Shown here: piece after piece, positions 31,404 through 37,662 of the stretch
How the letters are laid out: every line of letters begins with the position of its first letter
How positions within the stretch are numbered: position 1 is the stretch's first letter
Origin: a virus
Virus record (IMG/VR): IMGVR_UViG_3300009095_000035
Span: 1-37,662 of that record
Length of the DNA stretch: 37,662 nucleotides
Reading direction: 5' to 3' (one strand)
Position numbers and translations under genes: made by a program
Notes under the pieces: model-generated
The model's database searches: none
Seen by the model: only the letters and a program-made list of their open reading frames with translations
What the model was told of the DNA's origin: nothing

Positions 31404-32995
31404 GCGGCGGCTCCCTGCTGTTTCATTGCGGCTTCACCGGCCTGCTGCATCATTGCTTGCTGCTGTTCCTGCTCCATGGCGGCCTGTTGAGCCTGGGCAC
31501 GGTCGGCGCGGATCTTGTCCCGATCGGCAGAGCTGCGGATGACGGACCCAGGCACGCCCAAGGCTTCACCCTTGAAGCGCTGAGCCTCGTCCATGTCGAT
31601 GTTGTCCATGACGGTTGGATCGGTCGCAGCGATGATCAGAGCGCCCTGGATGAACGTATCAATGGCTGTCACCTCTTCCAGCTTCTGGGAGCGGGCCAGC
31701 GGCGAAAGGTAGCGTACGGTGAAGTTGCGACCGGCCAACGACTCAGGCGCAGCGCCCAGCACACCAGCGCGGTAAGCGATGCCGAAGCAACGCTCAATCA
31801 TCGGTTGCAGGTACTCGGTTTGCAGCCGGCCATACACCGGGCCCAGCAACTGACGAATCAGGTTCACGCGTACATGCACCTCGGTGGCGGTCATCGTCGG
31901 CCCGTCCTGGGCCTGGAGCTGATCGGCCATCAGGATCTTGCGGATGGAGCCTTGCAAACGAGCAATCTTCGTTTCCGCGTACTGGAAGTTTGAGCCGCTT
32001 TGCAGTGGCTTCATGCTGTCCACGGAGTTGGCCACGATGATCTTGCGCGGGCCAACCTTGACCGTGCGCGGGTTCAACACGCCGTCGTCCTCGGCAATCC
32101 ACATGCCAGCGATGGCCAGGTCGCCGGCTGCCAGGTCCATCCGGCACAGTTCGTTCAGTGTGCGCGCGTCCGGCAAGGCGTCGAACACAGGGCCAACCGC
32201 ATACACGCTGTCAGGGATCATCATCCAGCGCGGAACAACCACCGGCATTTCGTGGTAGCCCGACTCGCTCACCATCAGCTTGGCTTCCACCTCGACCTTG
32301 CACGAAGCCACAGGCATGTTCTTCGCCAGCTTGGCGTCAACCATGTGCGTGGTGCGTGGGTAGATCGCGTGGACGAAGCGAACCATTTCCTGTGGCTTGT
32401 CCTTCGCCAGCTTGCGGGTGTTGTCGCTGACATTCTGTTCGCCGAACTCGTTTACTGCCTGCTCGGCCGTCAGCTTGTACTCGCGATACACGGTGTCGAT
32501 CTTGCCACCGGCCTTGGACGCCGAGGCGTACACGCTCGCGATGGGCCACAGATCGAACGTGAAGCCGCCCTTCTCCATGTCCTGATCGATGTAGAGGGCA
32601 AACCATCCAGCACACACAACGTCAATCAGCCCCTCAAAGGCGGCCGCGTCGAAGTTGGATGCGTGGATGTTCTGCCAAAGGATGTCGGCCGAGTCATCCA
32701 GCCAGCGGCGCTCGTCCTCGGTTTCCTGCCCCACGTCCATGCCGAACCACAGTGAGTTGGCGGGGGTCAGTCCCGACATGATCCCGGACGACAGAATCCG
32801 TGCCGCGTCCGTGGTGGTGCCGTCGATCATCCTTGCTTTGCGCATCTGCGCTTCGATGGCGGTGATTTGCTCAGTGCAAAAGCCACTACCCCGAATCGGG
32901 TAGCTGTGGTCGAAGCAATCGCGCCAGACCGTCTCATGCGGCGAGCGGAGAGACTTCAAGGTGCTCAGCGTTTTGGCGATCTGGGATGCGTTCAT
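31400..32995 (-). CDS. Portal (head-to-tail connector, podovirus type)
   Basis: 531 aa (T7 gp8 is 536 aa). The N-terminus is ...LKSLRSPHETVWRDCFDHSYPIRG.... Its position is upstream of the scaffold and capsid genes. Confidence 0.8.
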   Translation of the reverse strand: MNASQIAKTLSTLKSLRSPHETVWRDCFDHSYPIRGSGFCTEQITAIEAQMRKARMIDGTTTDAARILSSGIMSGLTPANSLWFGMDVGQETEDERRWLDDSADILWQNIHASNFDAAAFEGLIDVVCAGWFALYIDQDMEKGGFTFDLWPIASVYASASKAGGKIDTVYREYKLTAEQAVNEFGEQNVSDNTRKLAKDKPQEMVRFVHAIYPRTTHMVDAKLAKNMPVASCKVEVEAKLMVSESGYHEMPVVVPRWMMIPDSVYAVGPVFDALPDARTLNELCRMDLAAGDLAIAGMWIAEDDGVLNPRTVKVGPRKIIVANSVDSMKPLQSGSNFQYAETKIARLQGSIRKILMADQLQAQDGPTMTATEVHVRVNLIRQLLGPVYGRLQTEYLQPMIERCFGIAYRAGVLGAAPESLAGRNFTVRYLSPLARSQKLEEVTAIDTFIQGALIIAATDPTVMDNIDMDEAQRFKGEALGVPGSVIRSSADRDKIRADRAQAQQAAMEQEQQQAMMQQAGEAAMKQQGAAA

Positions 32996-33195
32996 GATCC
33001 GAGGGTTCTCTTTCCTTGATCGAGGACGCTGCCCGCTGCACCGCCAGTCGAAAGCAAACTGCTTTCAGCCTTGCGCTTCTTGCGAGTGGCGGTTTCTTCG
33101 TTGGCCTTTTGGGCTGCCAGGTCGGCGGCCTTCTGCGCTTCGACCTGCGGGTCTGGCGCGGCAACGGTCTTGGGCTTGCTTGGCTTGCTTCCCAT
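32992..33195 (-). CDS. Small basic virion protein, T7 gp6.7-like (tentative)
   Basis: 67 aa. MGSKPSKPKTVAAPDP...SSLLSTGGAAG resembles T7 gp6.7 in its N-terminus (MCFSPKIKTPK...) and in position. ATGA-coupled to the portal gene. Confidence 0.5.
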   Translation of the reverse strand: MGSKPSKPKTVAAPDPQVEAQKAADLAAQKANEETATRKKRKAESSLLSTGGAAGSVLDQGKRTLGS

Positions 33196-33199
33196 GTCG

Positions 33200-33643
33200 T
33201 TACCCCTTGGCTACTGGCTCAGGGCACAGCCAGCCGTCAGGTGTCATGACTGCTTGCTTGAGCGTGGTGGCGTCGATGTCGCCGGTGTTGGCCTTGGCCT
33301 GTGGCGCCGGCTCGTTGATTCGCTGCGGGTCAAGTACCAGGGGCTCGCCACCAGTGTTCAGACGGTCAGCTTCGGCCAGGGCTTCATCCTTGGTGCCGGT
33401 GAAGTCGCCAACCTTCACGGCCTTACCCTCCAGCAGCGCGGCGTTTTCGTCGATGACGATCCAGCGCGGGCCGCCGTTGTGCTTGGCAACGAACAGCGCA
33501 GGCTTGGGCGCCTGGGCGTTAGCCGTGTCTAACTCGCTGGCGTTGGGATTGCCGGTGTTGGCGTCAGTGATGGCACTGGCAAGCGGCGTGATGGTGGCGA
33601 GCGGTTCGCCTGGTGTCTGCGGGGTAAGGTCTGGAGCTGGCAT
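33200..33643 (-). CDS. Hypothetical protein (147 aa)
   Basis: ATG at 33643, 8 nt after GAGG, is preferred over the TTG at 33673. Confidence 0.5.
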   Translation of the reverse strand: MPAPDLTPQTPGEPLATITPLASAITDANTGNPNASELDTANAQAPKPALFVAKHNGGPRWIVIDENAALLEGKAVKVGDFTGTKDEALAEADRLNTGGEPLVLDPQRINEPAPQAKANTGDIDATTLKQAVMTPDGWLCPEPVAKG

Positions 33644-33699
33644 TGGGCTGGCCTCGGGTTGGTTGTTGATCAACGAGGGCCAGAATCAATGGGGTGGGC

Positions 33700-33719
33700 T
33701 GTCGGGTTCCCGACTATTT
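33700..33719 (-). promoter_or_regulatory. Late element copy 2 (overlaps the Rz stop codon)
   Basis: Plus strand TGTCGGGTTCCCGACTATTT. Sense strand AAATAGTCGG-GAAC-CCGACA. Confidence 0.6.
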
Positions 33720-34163
33720 GCGAGGGAGGCAGGTGGCGTTGACCCAATCAATCAGGCTGTTCAAGGCGATGATTGCTTCGTCTCCGTCATTGGCGATGGC
33801 GACAATTCGTTGACCAGCCGCTGGGTCAAGTTCTGCGCGCGCTTCTGCATCATCCACGCGGCCGGGGCTTGCGCTGGCTCGCACGACGGGGCACTTGGCT
33901 GGGACTGACAGCCGCTGAGTGCCAGTGCCAACACGAGCAAGAAGGGCTTTGTTCTGGGCTTGAGCATCGGTGAGTACCTTGGTGTTGTCGGTGTCGAGCT
34001 GGGTCAGCAGCTTCTGGGTGGTCTTGCGTGATGCGTTGGCAGCCTCCAGCACGCCTACACGCTCCGTTGCGGTGTCCAGGCCTGTGCTGATGTGGTCAAG
34101 ACGCCAGAGCGACAGCAGCAGGCCAATGGCGAGCGCAGCGCAGATGCCGAGAAGGATCTTCAC
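33714..34163 (-). CDS. Rz-like i-spanin
   Basis: GTG at 34163 overlaps the endolysin stop (GTGA) and is preceded by GAGG. N-terminal TM helix KILLGICAALAIGLLLSLW followed by a coiled coil. The track start at 34178 is also possible. Confidence 0.75.
   Translation of the reverse strand: MKILLGICAALAIGLLLSLWRLDHISTGLDTATERVGVLEAANASRKTTQKLLTQLDTDNTKVLTDAQAQNKALLARVGTGTQRLSVPAKCPVVRASASPGRVDDAEARAELDPAAGQRIVAIANDGDEAIIALNSLIDWVNATCLPRK
33761..33967 (-). CDS. Rz1-like o-spanin lipoprotein, embedded in Rz in another frame
   Basis: MLKPRTKPFLLVLALALSGC carries a lipobox (LSGC). The mature part is Pro-rich. The ORF lies entirely inside the Rz-like gene. Confidence 0.7.
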   Translation of the reverse strand: MLKPRTKPFLLVLALALSGCQSQPSAPSCEPAQAPAAWMMQKRAQNLTQRLVNELSPSPMTETKQSSP

Positions 34164-34630
34164 AACCCCACCTCGCACAACTCACGCTCAGCAGCGCGGC
34201 GATTGACCAGGCCTTGCAGCTTCTGGCCCTGGGCGTACACCCAGCGGCTCAGCTCAGCACAGGCGCCGCGTGTGTCACCGGTATTGAGCTTGCGCAACAG
34301 GGTGGATGCCTTGAACTGGGACTCGCCGACGTTGTAGACGAACGATGCCAGGGCGGCGCGGCGGGTCTCGGGCTGCGGTCGAGTGACGTTGCGGTCAACG
34401 CCGGTCATGGCGATGGTGAGTTCTTGCTGCAACAGCGCATCACACTGCGCCGGGGTCTTGCTCTGGCCCAGGCGCACACCACGGGTAACGCCTTCGCAGA
34501 TGGTGGGAATGCCAACGGGGTCGAGGTAGGCCACCAGTGACCGGCCTTCGAAGTGGGTGACCAGCACACCGGCCATGCTGGCGGCGCCGGCGAGTGAGAC
34601 GGCGAGGATTCGTTGCTTGAGGGGGCTCAC
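34160..34630 (-). CDS. SAR endolysin (GH24 T4-lysozyme family)
   Basis: FEGRSLVAYLDPVGIPT gives the E-x8-D-x5-T catalytic triad. The N-terminal Gly/Ala-rich signal-arrest-release helix is ILAVSLAGAASMAGVLV. Confidence 0.85.
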   Translation of the reverse strand: MSPLKQRILAVSLAGAASMAGVLVTHFEGRSLVAYLDPVGIPTICEGVTRGVRLGQSKTPAQCDALLQQELTIAMTGVDRNVTRPQPETRRAALASFVYNVGESQFKASTLLRKLNTGDTRGACAELSRWVYAQGQKLQGLVNRRAAERELCEVGL

Positions 34631-34905
34631 GATCTGGCACGCTCACGCAGCGCTTCAATGCGTGCGGCGCTCTCGACTGACTCGCGATGATCCTTGCGCC
34701 ACTGGAAATACACGTTGATCACCAGGCCCAAGACTGCGACCGCTACACCGGTGATCCCTATCCAGTTGACCTGGGACAGCCAACCCACCAAACCAACAGC
34801 GCCGCCCGTGAGCATTCCTTTGCTCGCGACTGATGCGCCGACTACCTCAACGATGCTCTCCGGCGCAGGGTTGGCCATGCTGTTACTCCTGACTGGATGC
34901 TTCAT
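34627..34905 (-). CDS. Holin (two TM helices, pinholin-like)
   Basis: 92 aa with possible dual starts (M1 and M10). TM helices GMLTGGAVGLVGWLSQV and WIGITGVAVAVLGLVINVYF, with a charged C-terminus. Its stop overlaps the endolysin GTG. Confidence 0.7.
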   Translation of the reverse strand: MKHPVRSNSMANPAPESIVEVVGASVASKGMLTGGAVGLVGWLSQVNWIGITGVAVAVLGLVINVYFQWRKDHRESVESAARIEALRERARS

Positions 34906-34920
34906 GTCGCCTCCAGGGTC

Positions 34921-34951
34921 AAAAAAAAGCCCAGCGCGAGTTGGCTGGGCT
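34921..34951 (-). terminator. Strong intrinsic terminator 16 nt upstream of the holin start (tR'-like)
   Basis: Sense strand AGCCCAGC-CAACTCGC-GCTGGGCT followed by a T run (eight A on the plus strand at 34921-34928). It lies between late element copy 1 and the holin ribosome-binding site. Confidence 0.8.
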
Positions 34952-34981
34952 GCGATGACCGTAAGAGTCGTCGGGGTCAGG

Positions 34982-35001
34982 TGTCGGAATCCCGACTATT
35001 T
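34982..35001 (-). promoter_or_regulatory. Late element copy 1 (abuts the stop of the HTH gene, upstream of the lysis cassette)
   Basis: Plus strand TGTCGGAATCCCGACTATTT. Sense strand AAATAGTCGG-GATT-CCGACA. Confidence 0.6.
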
Positions 35002-35261
35002 CAAACCTTGGAGTGATAAGCCCACCAGTCACCGACGGCGACCATGGGCAGCTTTGAACGATCCCAGCCAGTGGTCTGGGACCAAAACAGCACAAGGCGC
35101 TCCCCCTCGGTGTAGCGAGGTTCGGCGCCCTGCTTCCAACCCAGCAACGTGGTACGCGCCACCCCAATCGCGTCAGCAACCGACTGCGGGGAGTAGCCGG
35201 CACGCGAAAGCCCGGTGATCACCGTGAACCAATCAACCCGCTGTTCGACCAGGGCGAGCAT
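35001..35261 (-). CDS. Small HTH protein at the lambda Q position (candidate late regulator)
   Basis: 86 aa from the ATG at 35261. The HTH is SPQSVADAIGVARTTLLGWKQG. It is the last gene before the late region. Confidence 0.6.
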   Translation of the reverse strand: MLALVEQRVDWFTVITGLSRAGYSPQSVADAIGVARTTLLGWKQGAEPRYTEGERLVLFWSQTTGWDRSKLPMVAVGDWWAYHSKV

Positions 35262-35263
35262 GG

Positions 35264-35452
35264 CTAGGCGCTCGCTGCACGCGACACAGCATCGGCAAGG
35301 GTGCTGCGAGGAAAACACGACAACTTCCCCCGGCAACGGCTGTCGCCACACGCACAAAATCGGATGTCAAACCAGCTATCCCGACCATCGGGCGGAGTGA
35401 GTAACTCCCAGAAGTTGTACATCCTGGCGGCCAATTCGCTGTATCCGCTCAT
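35264..35452 (-). CDS. Possible 62-aa Cys-rich protein
   Basis: The ATG at 35452 is ATGA-coupled to the upstream gene. It fills an otherwise empty gap. Translation MSGYSELAARMYNFWELLTPPDGRDSWFDIRFCACGDSRC.... Confidence 0.45.
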   Translation of the reverse strand: MSGYSELAARMYNFWELLTPPDGRDSWFDIRFCACGDSRCRGKLSCFPRSTLADAVSRAASA

Positions 35453-35721
35453 GCAGCACCCCCAAACGCGCACGCGCGCGAGGCAGAGTGAGTTGGCGCG
35501 CCCACCCCACACCCCTTCCGTATCTGGTTATCCATTTCGGATATAACCGCCGCAAACGCTATAACCGGATAATTGGCCTCATCAAATTGGAACGGATGAA
35601 CCGCCCTGCGCAGCCCCAACAGGCACTCAGGCTCGTCAGGCCCTGACAGATCCACATCGACGCCGATCATCACCCAGCCATCGTTCAGCTCGCGGCATGC
35701 CCACTTGAGCAATGGTTTCAT
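35449..35721 (-). CDS. Hypothetical protein (90 aa)
   Basis: ATGA-coupled to rusA. Confidence 0.55.
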   Translation of the reverse strand: MKPLLKWACRELNDGWVMIGVDVDLSGPDEPECLLGLRRAVHPFQFDEANYPVIAFAAVISEMDNQIRKGCGVGAPTHSASRACAFGGAA

Positions 35722-36191
35722 GAGCTCTCCCCCACCAGTGGTACGACGCGCACGGTTACGCCTGGTGTTTCGCCAAAGCGTTTGCTCTTGCTGACGTTGA
35801 CCACCTGGACGTCATCGACCCAGACCACACCGTTCATGGCATCGAACAGGGCCTTTTCCACGTTATCTATATCGGGTTTCTTGGTCGGGAACACTTCGCC
35901 AGCCAGTGCTGCAGCGCGCTTTTTCTTCGACCAGGACGCCGCTACGGTCACCACAATTTTCATCTCAACCATTACGGGGCCGGTGATGACATCGCGACCA
36001 CGCATCGCCATGGCACCTGCGGCAGCAACGGTCTTTTCGTAGTTCTCGGTTTTGATGGGCGTGATGTGTGCGGTGTAGCCGACCAATTGACCGCTGGACT
36101 TGTCGCGGCGTTTACGGCCAACGGCGCGTGGTCGGCCCTTGCCTACCGGCTCACCTGGCACGAAGAACGACACGGGCTTGAGGTCGGTCAT
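35718..36191 (-). CDS. rusA: RusA-family Holliday junction resolvase
   Basis: Start at the internal ATG at 36191. VPGEPVGKGRPR...KKPDIDNVEKALFDAMNGVVWVDDVQV is the RusA signature. Confidence 0.8.
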   Translation of the reverse strand: MTDLKPVSFFVPGEPVGKGRPRAVGRKRRDKSSGQLVGYTAHITPIKTENYEKTVAAAGAMAMRGRDVITGPVMVEMKIVVTVAASWSKKKRAAALAGEVFPTKKPDIDNVEKALFDAMNGVVWVDDVQVVNVSKSKRFGETPGVTVRVVPLVGESS

Positions 36192-36538
36192 GGCTGCTCT
36201 CCCTTGCTCATTGCATCGATAGCGTTGTCCACGTCCTGAGCGCGAAAGCGTACGCCCGTGAACCACAGCGGCACGCTCAGGTAGAACTGATGCACGGCAT
36301 CGCTCTTGTCCCTGAGCCATTGATACCGATCAGAATCCTTACGCAGCGCCTCGTTCTCTTCGCGCAACCGCTCTATCAACCGCTTGGAATGACGTGCCAA
36401 TCGGAATGGGCAATTCAGCTCCTCGGTAAGGCGCTTGTTCTCGGCGATCAGCTCTAGGATCAGGTCAGGCGCAAGAGGTATGTCGTCAAGGCCGACTAAT
36501 GCCTCCGCACGTCGCTGCAACTCGCTGTAATCACGCAT
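36188..36538 (-). CDS. Hypothetical coiled-coil protein with an RYQWLR motif (Ead/Ea22-like)
   Basis: 116 aa from the ATG at 36538, overlapping the P-like gene end by 8 nt. ...DSDRYQWLRDKSD... is common in a family of lambdoid early proteins. Confidence 0.55.
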   Translation of the reverse strand: MRDYSELQRRAEALVGLDDIPLAPDLILELIAENKRLTEELNCPFRLARHSKRLIERLREENEALRKDSDRYQWLRDKSDAVHQFYLSVPLWFTGVRFRAQDVDNAIDAMSKGEQP

Positions 36539-37250
36539 GCTTGTCTCTCCGAATGCCGAGGGTTGCCAGCAGCTGGGCGCGGCAGGCCTTAGGGTCCTTG
36601 GGGATGTCGAGAACGTCGACGATGCGGTCAGCCTCCTGGCGGGAGTACTCGAGCTGGACCTGCTCACGCGGTCGCATGCTGTCGTGGCTCAGGCCCTTGG
36701 CGATTCGCCCTTCCAGCGGCTGGCCGGTCTGTGCGCGGCGCATGACGATGGCGTAGTTGCGTTCGAAGCGCTGCTTGAGGGCCTTGTCGCCGTCCGGCGC
36801 TGCGTGCAGATCGAAGGTGCTCGTGGCTTCTGCAGCAATGCGCACGGCCGGGTGGCTGTACTTGCCTGCGCGTGCTTCGTCCCAGGCTTGTGCCTCGCAC
36901 GGCAGGCCCATGCACTCCGGTGTCGCATTGCACCAGGCAACGAACTGGCCGACGTTTGGCAGGAATGGGTTGGTGGACTTGCGGGCGTTCTGGAAGCCGA
37001 ACGCGAGCTGGTGGTCGGACATGATCCCGCCTTGGATAAACCCTGCGATCCACTCGCGCTTGGCGTTTTTCAGCGCCGTGTCGTCGATCCACGCTTGTCG
37101 CCATGCTGGGAAAATGCCCTGGAGCTTGTCGAACACGATGTTGACGATTTCCGCTGTGCGCTGGTCGACCTTGATCGGCTGTGCGAGCGGGATCTGTGCC
37201 AGTGCCTGCTGCGGGTCGAGGCCACTGGTGATATCAGAAACGCGTTTCAT
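36531..37250 (-). CDS. Lambda P-like replication protein (helicase loader)
   Basis: ARKSTNPFLPNVGQFVAWC parallels lambda P ARRQNRPFLPSPGQFVAWC. The start at 37250 is ATGA-coupled to the O-like gene and preceded by AAGGAG. The track start at 37271 is also possible. Confidence 0.8.
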   Translation of the reverse strand: MKRVSDITSGLDPQQALAQIPLAQPIKVDQRTAEIVNIVFDKLQGIFPAWRQAWIDDTALKNAKREWIAGFIQGGIMSDHQLAFGFQNARKSTNPFLPNVGQFVAWCNATPECMGLPCEAQAWDEARAGKYSHPAVRIAAEATSTFDLHAAPDGDKALKQRFERNYAIVMRRAQTGQPLEGRIAKGLSHDSMRPREQVQLEYSRQEADRIVDVLDIPKDPKACRAQLLATLGIRRDKHA

Positions 37251-37662
37251 AGAATCGGCTCCTTTGCCCATTCGGTGCTTTTCATGTCAAGCGGTTGATT
37301 GCCAGTGCGTTGCGGTGAGATCAGGCGATGGTTGGCGTCGTCCTGGGCTTTGAGAAACCAAGTACGCCAAGTGGCCGACCAGTCGAGTTTCGTTCCGCCG
37401 CTTCCGCGCCAGTAGTTCACGAACTTCTCGGTTTCGTTTGCCAGGTTCACGGCTGGGGTGCGTTCAACCGCCCACTTGCGCATGTCGCCGGTGAGGTTGA
37501 ATGGTTCGGGCAGGCGAGATTTGCGCTTGGGTTTCGGGTCAGTCGGCGGCTTCGGATCAGCGTCCGGCTTTTCGTTTTCAGCAGCAGGGGGATTAAGGGG
37601 GTTCTTATTCTGTTCTGTATCTGTTCTGTTCTGTTCTGGGGCGTTACTGGAACGTTTCTGTA
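37247..37662 (-). CDS. Replication initiator / replisome organiser, 3' part (the last 123 nt duplicate bases 1-123)
   Basis: Open frame from the window end to the TGA at 37249-37247. The C-terminal sequence is ...FNLTGDMRKWAVERTPAVNLANETEKFVNYWRGSGGTKLDWSATWRTWFLKAQ. It sits immediately upstream of the P-like gene. Confidence 0.8.
   Translation of the reverse strand, partial: QKRSSNAPEQNRTDTEQNKNPLNPPAAENEKPDADPKPPTDPKPKRKSRLPEPFNLTGDMRKWAVERTPAVNLANETEKFVNYWRGSGGTKLDWSATWRTWFLKAQDDANHRLISPQRTGNQPLDMKSTEWAKEPIL
37540..37662. repeat. Terminal direct repeat, right copy (circular closure overlap)
   Basis: Identical to 1-123. Confidence 0.95.

Larger units (their letters stand above)
1..37662. 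mobile_element. Complete temperate phage genome (circular unit 37,539 bp): lambda-like lysogeny, replication and recombination modules plus a T7-like podovirus structural module
   Basis: The ends overlap by 123 identical bases. A full set of phage modules is present: repressor/cro, O/P-like replication, recT/exo, xis/int/attP, lysis, portal to terminase, and tailspike. No flanking host genes are visible. Confidence 0.9.

Overview
The window is a complete temperate phage genome closed on itself. Bases 1-123 are identical to 37540-37662, so the circular unit is 37,539 bp, and the junction falls inside a replication gene. It is GC-rich and gene-dense, and many adjacent genes overlap as ATGA or GTGA. 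All functional calls come from motifs I recognise by eye; no database search was possible.

Architecture:
- Immunity switch at about 776-2230: divergent cro and cI, with three CAAG-N4-CTTG operators on each side.
- Rightward early operon on the minus strand, running across the junction: cro, cII, an O-like replisome organiser, a lambda P-like loader, rusA and small ORFs.
- Leftward early operon on the plus strand, 2397-12950. It starts with a boxA-like signal and carries many small ORFs, recT, a YqaJ exonuclease, an HNH endonuclease, a DEDDh exonuclease, xis, attP and a P4-type integrase.
- Late region on the minus strand, 35261 down to 12956. It holds a small HTH gene, a strong intrinsic terminator, a pinholin / SAR-endolysin / Rz-Rz1 lysis cassette and a T7-supergroup podovirus morphogenesis module: gp6.7-like protein, portal, scaffold, capsid, gp11/gp12-like tail tube proteins, ejection proteins, TerS, TerL and a tailspike. 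An AT-richer secreted-protein moron sits at the far end.
- I see no phage RNA polymerase, DNA polymerase, helicase, tRNA, rRNA or CRISPR array.

Most interesting signal: a 20-nt hairpin-containing element, AAATAGTCGG-GAAA-CCGACA on the late sense strand. It occurs five times, always on that strand and always just upstream of a late-gene block. One copy lies inside the terL coding sequence.

Other leads:
- A small membrane protein gene coupled to cI.
- The secreted moron next to attP and an SGNH-esterase tailspike.
- A GNAT acetyltransferase inside the ejection-protein module.
- A YqaJ exonuclease with a roughly 370-aa extension.
- A protein with tandem FtsK-gamma-like domains.
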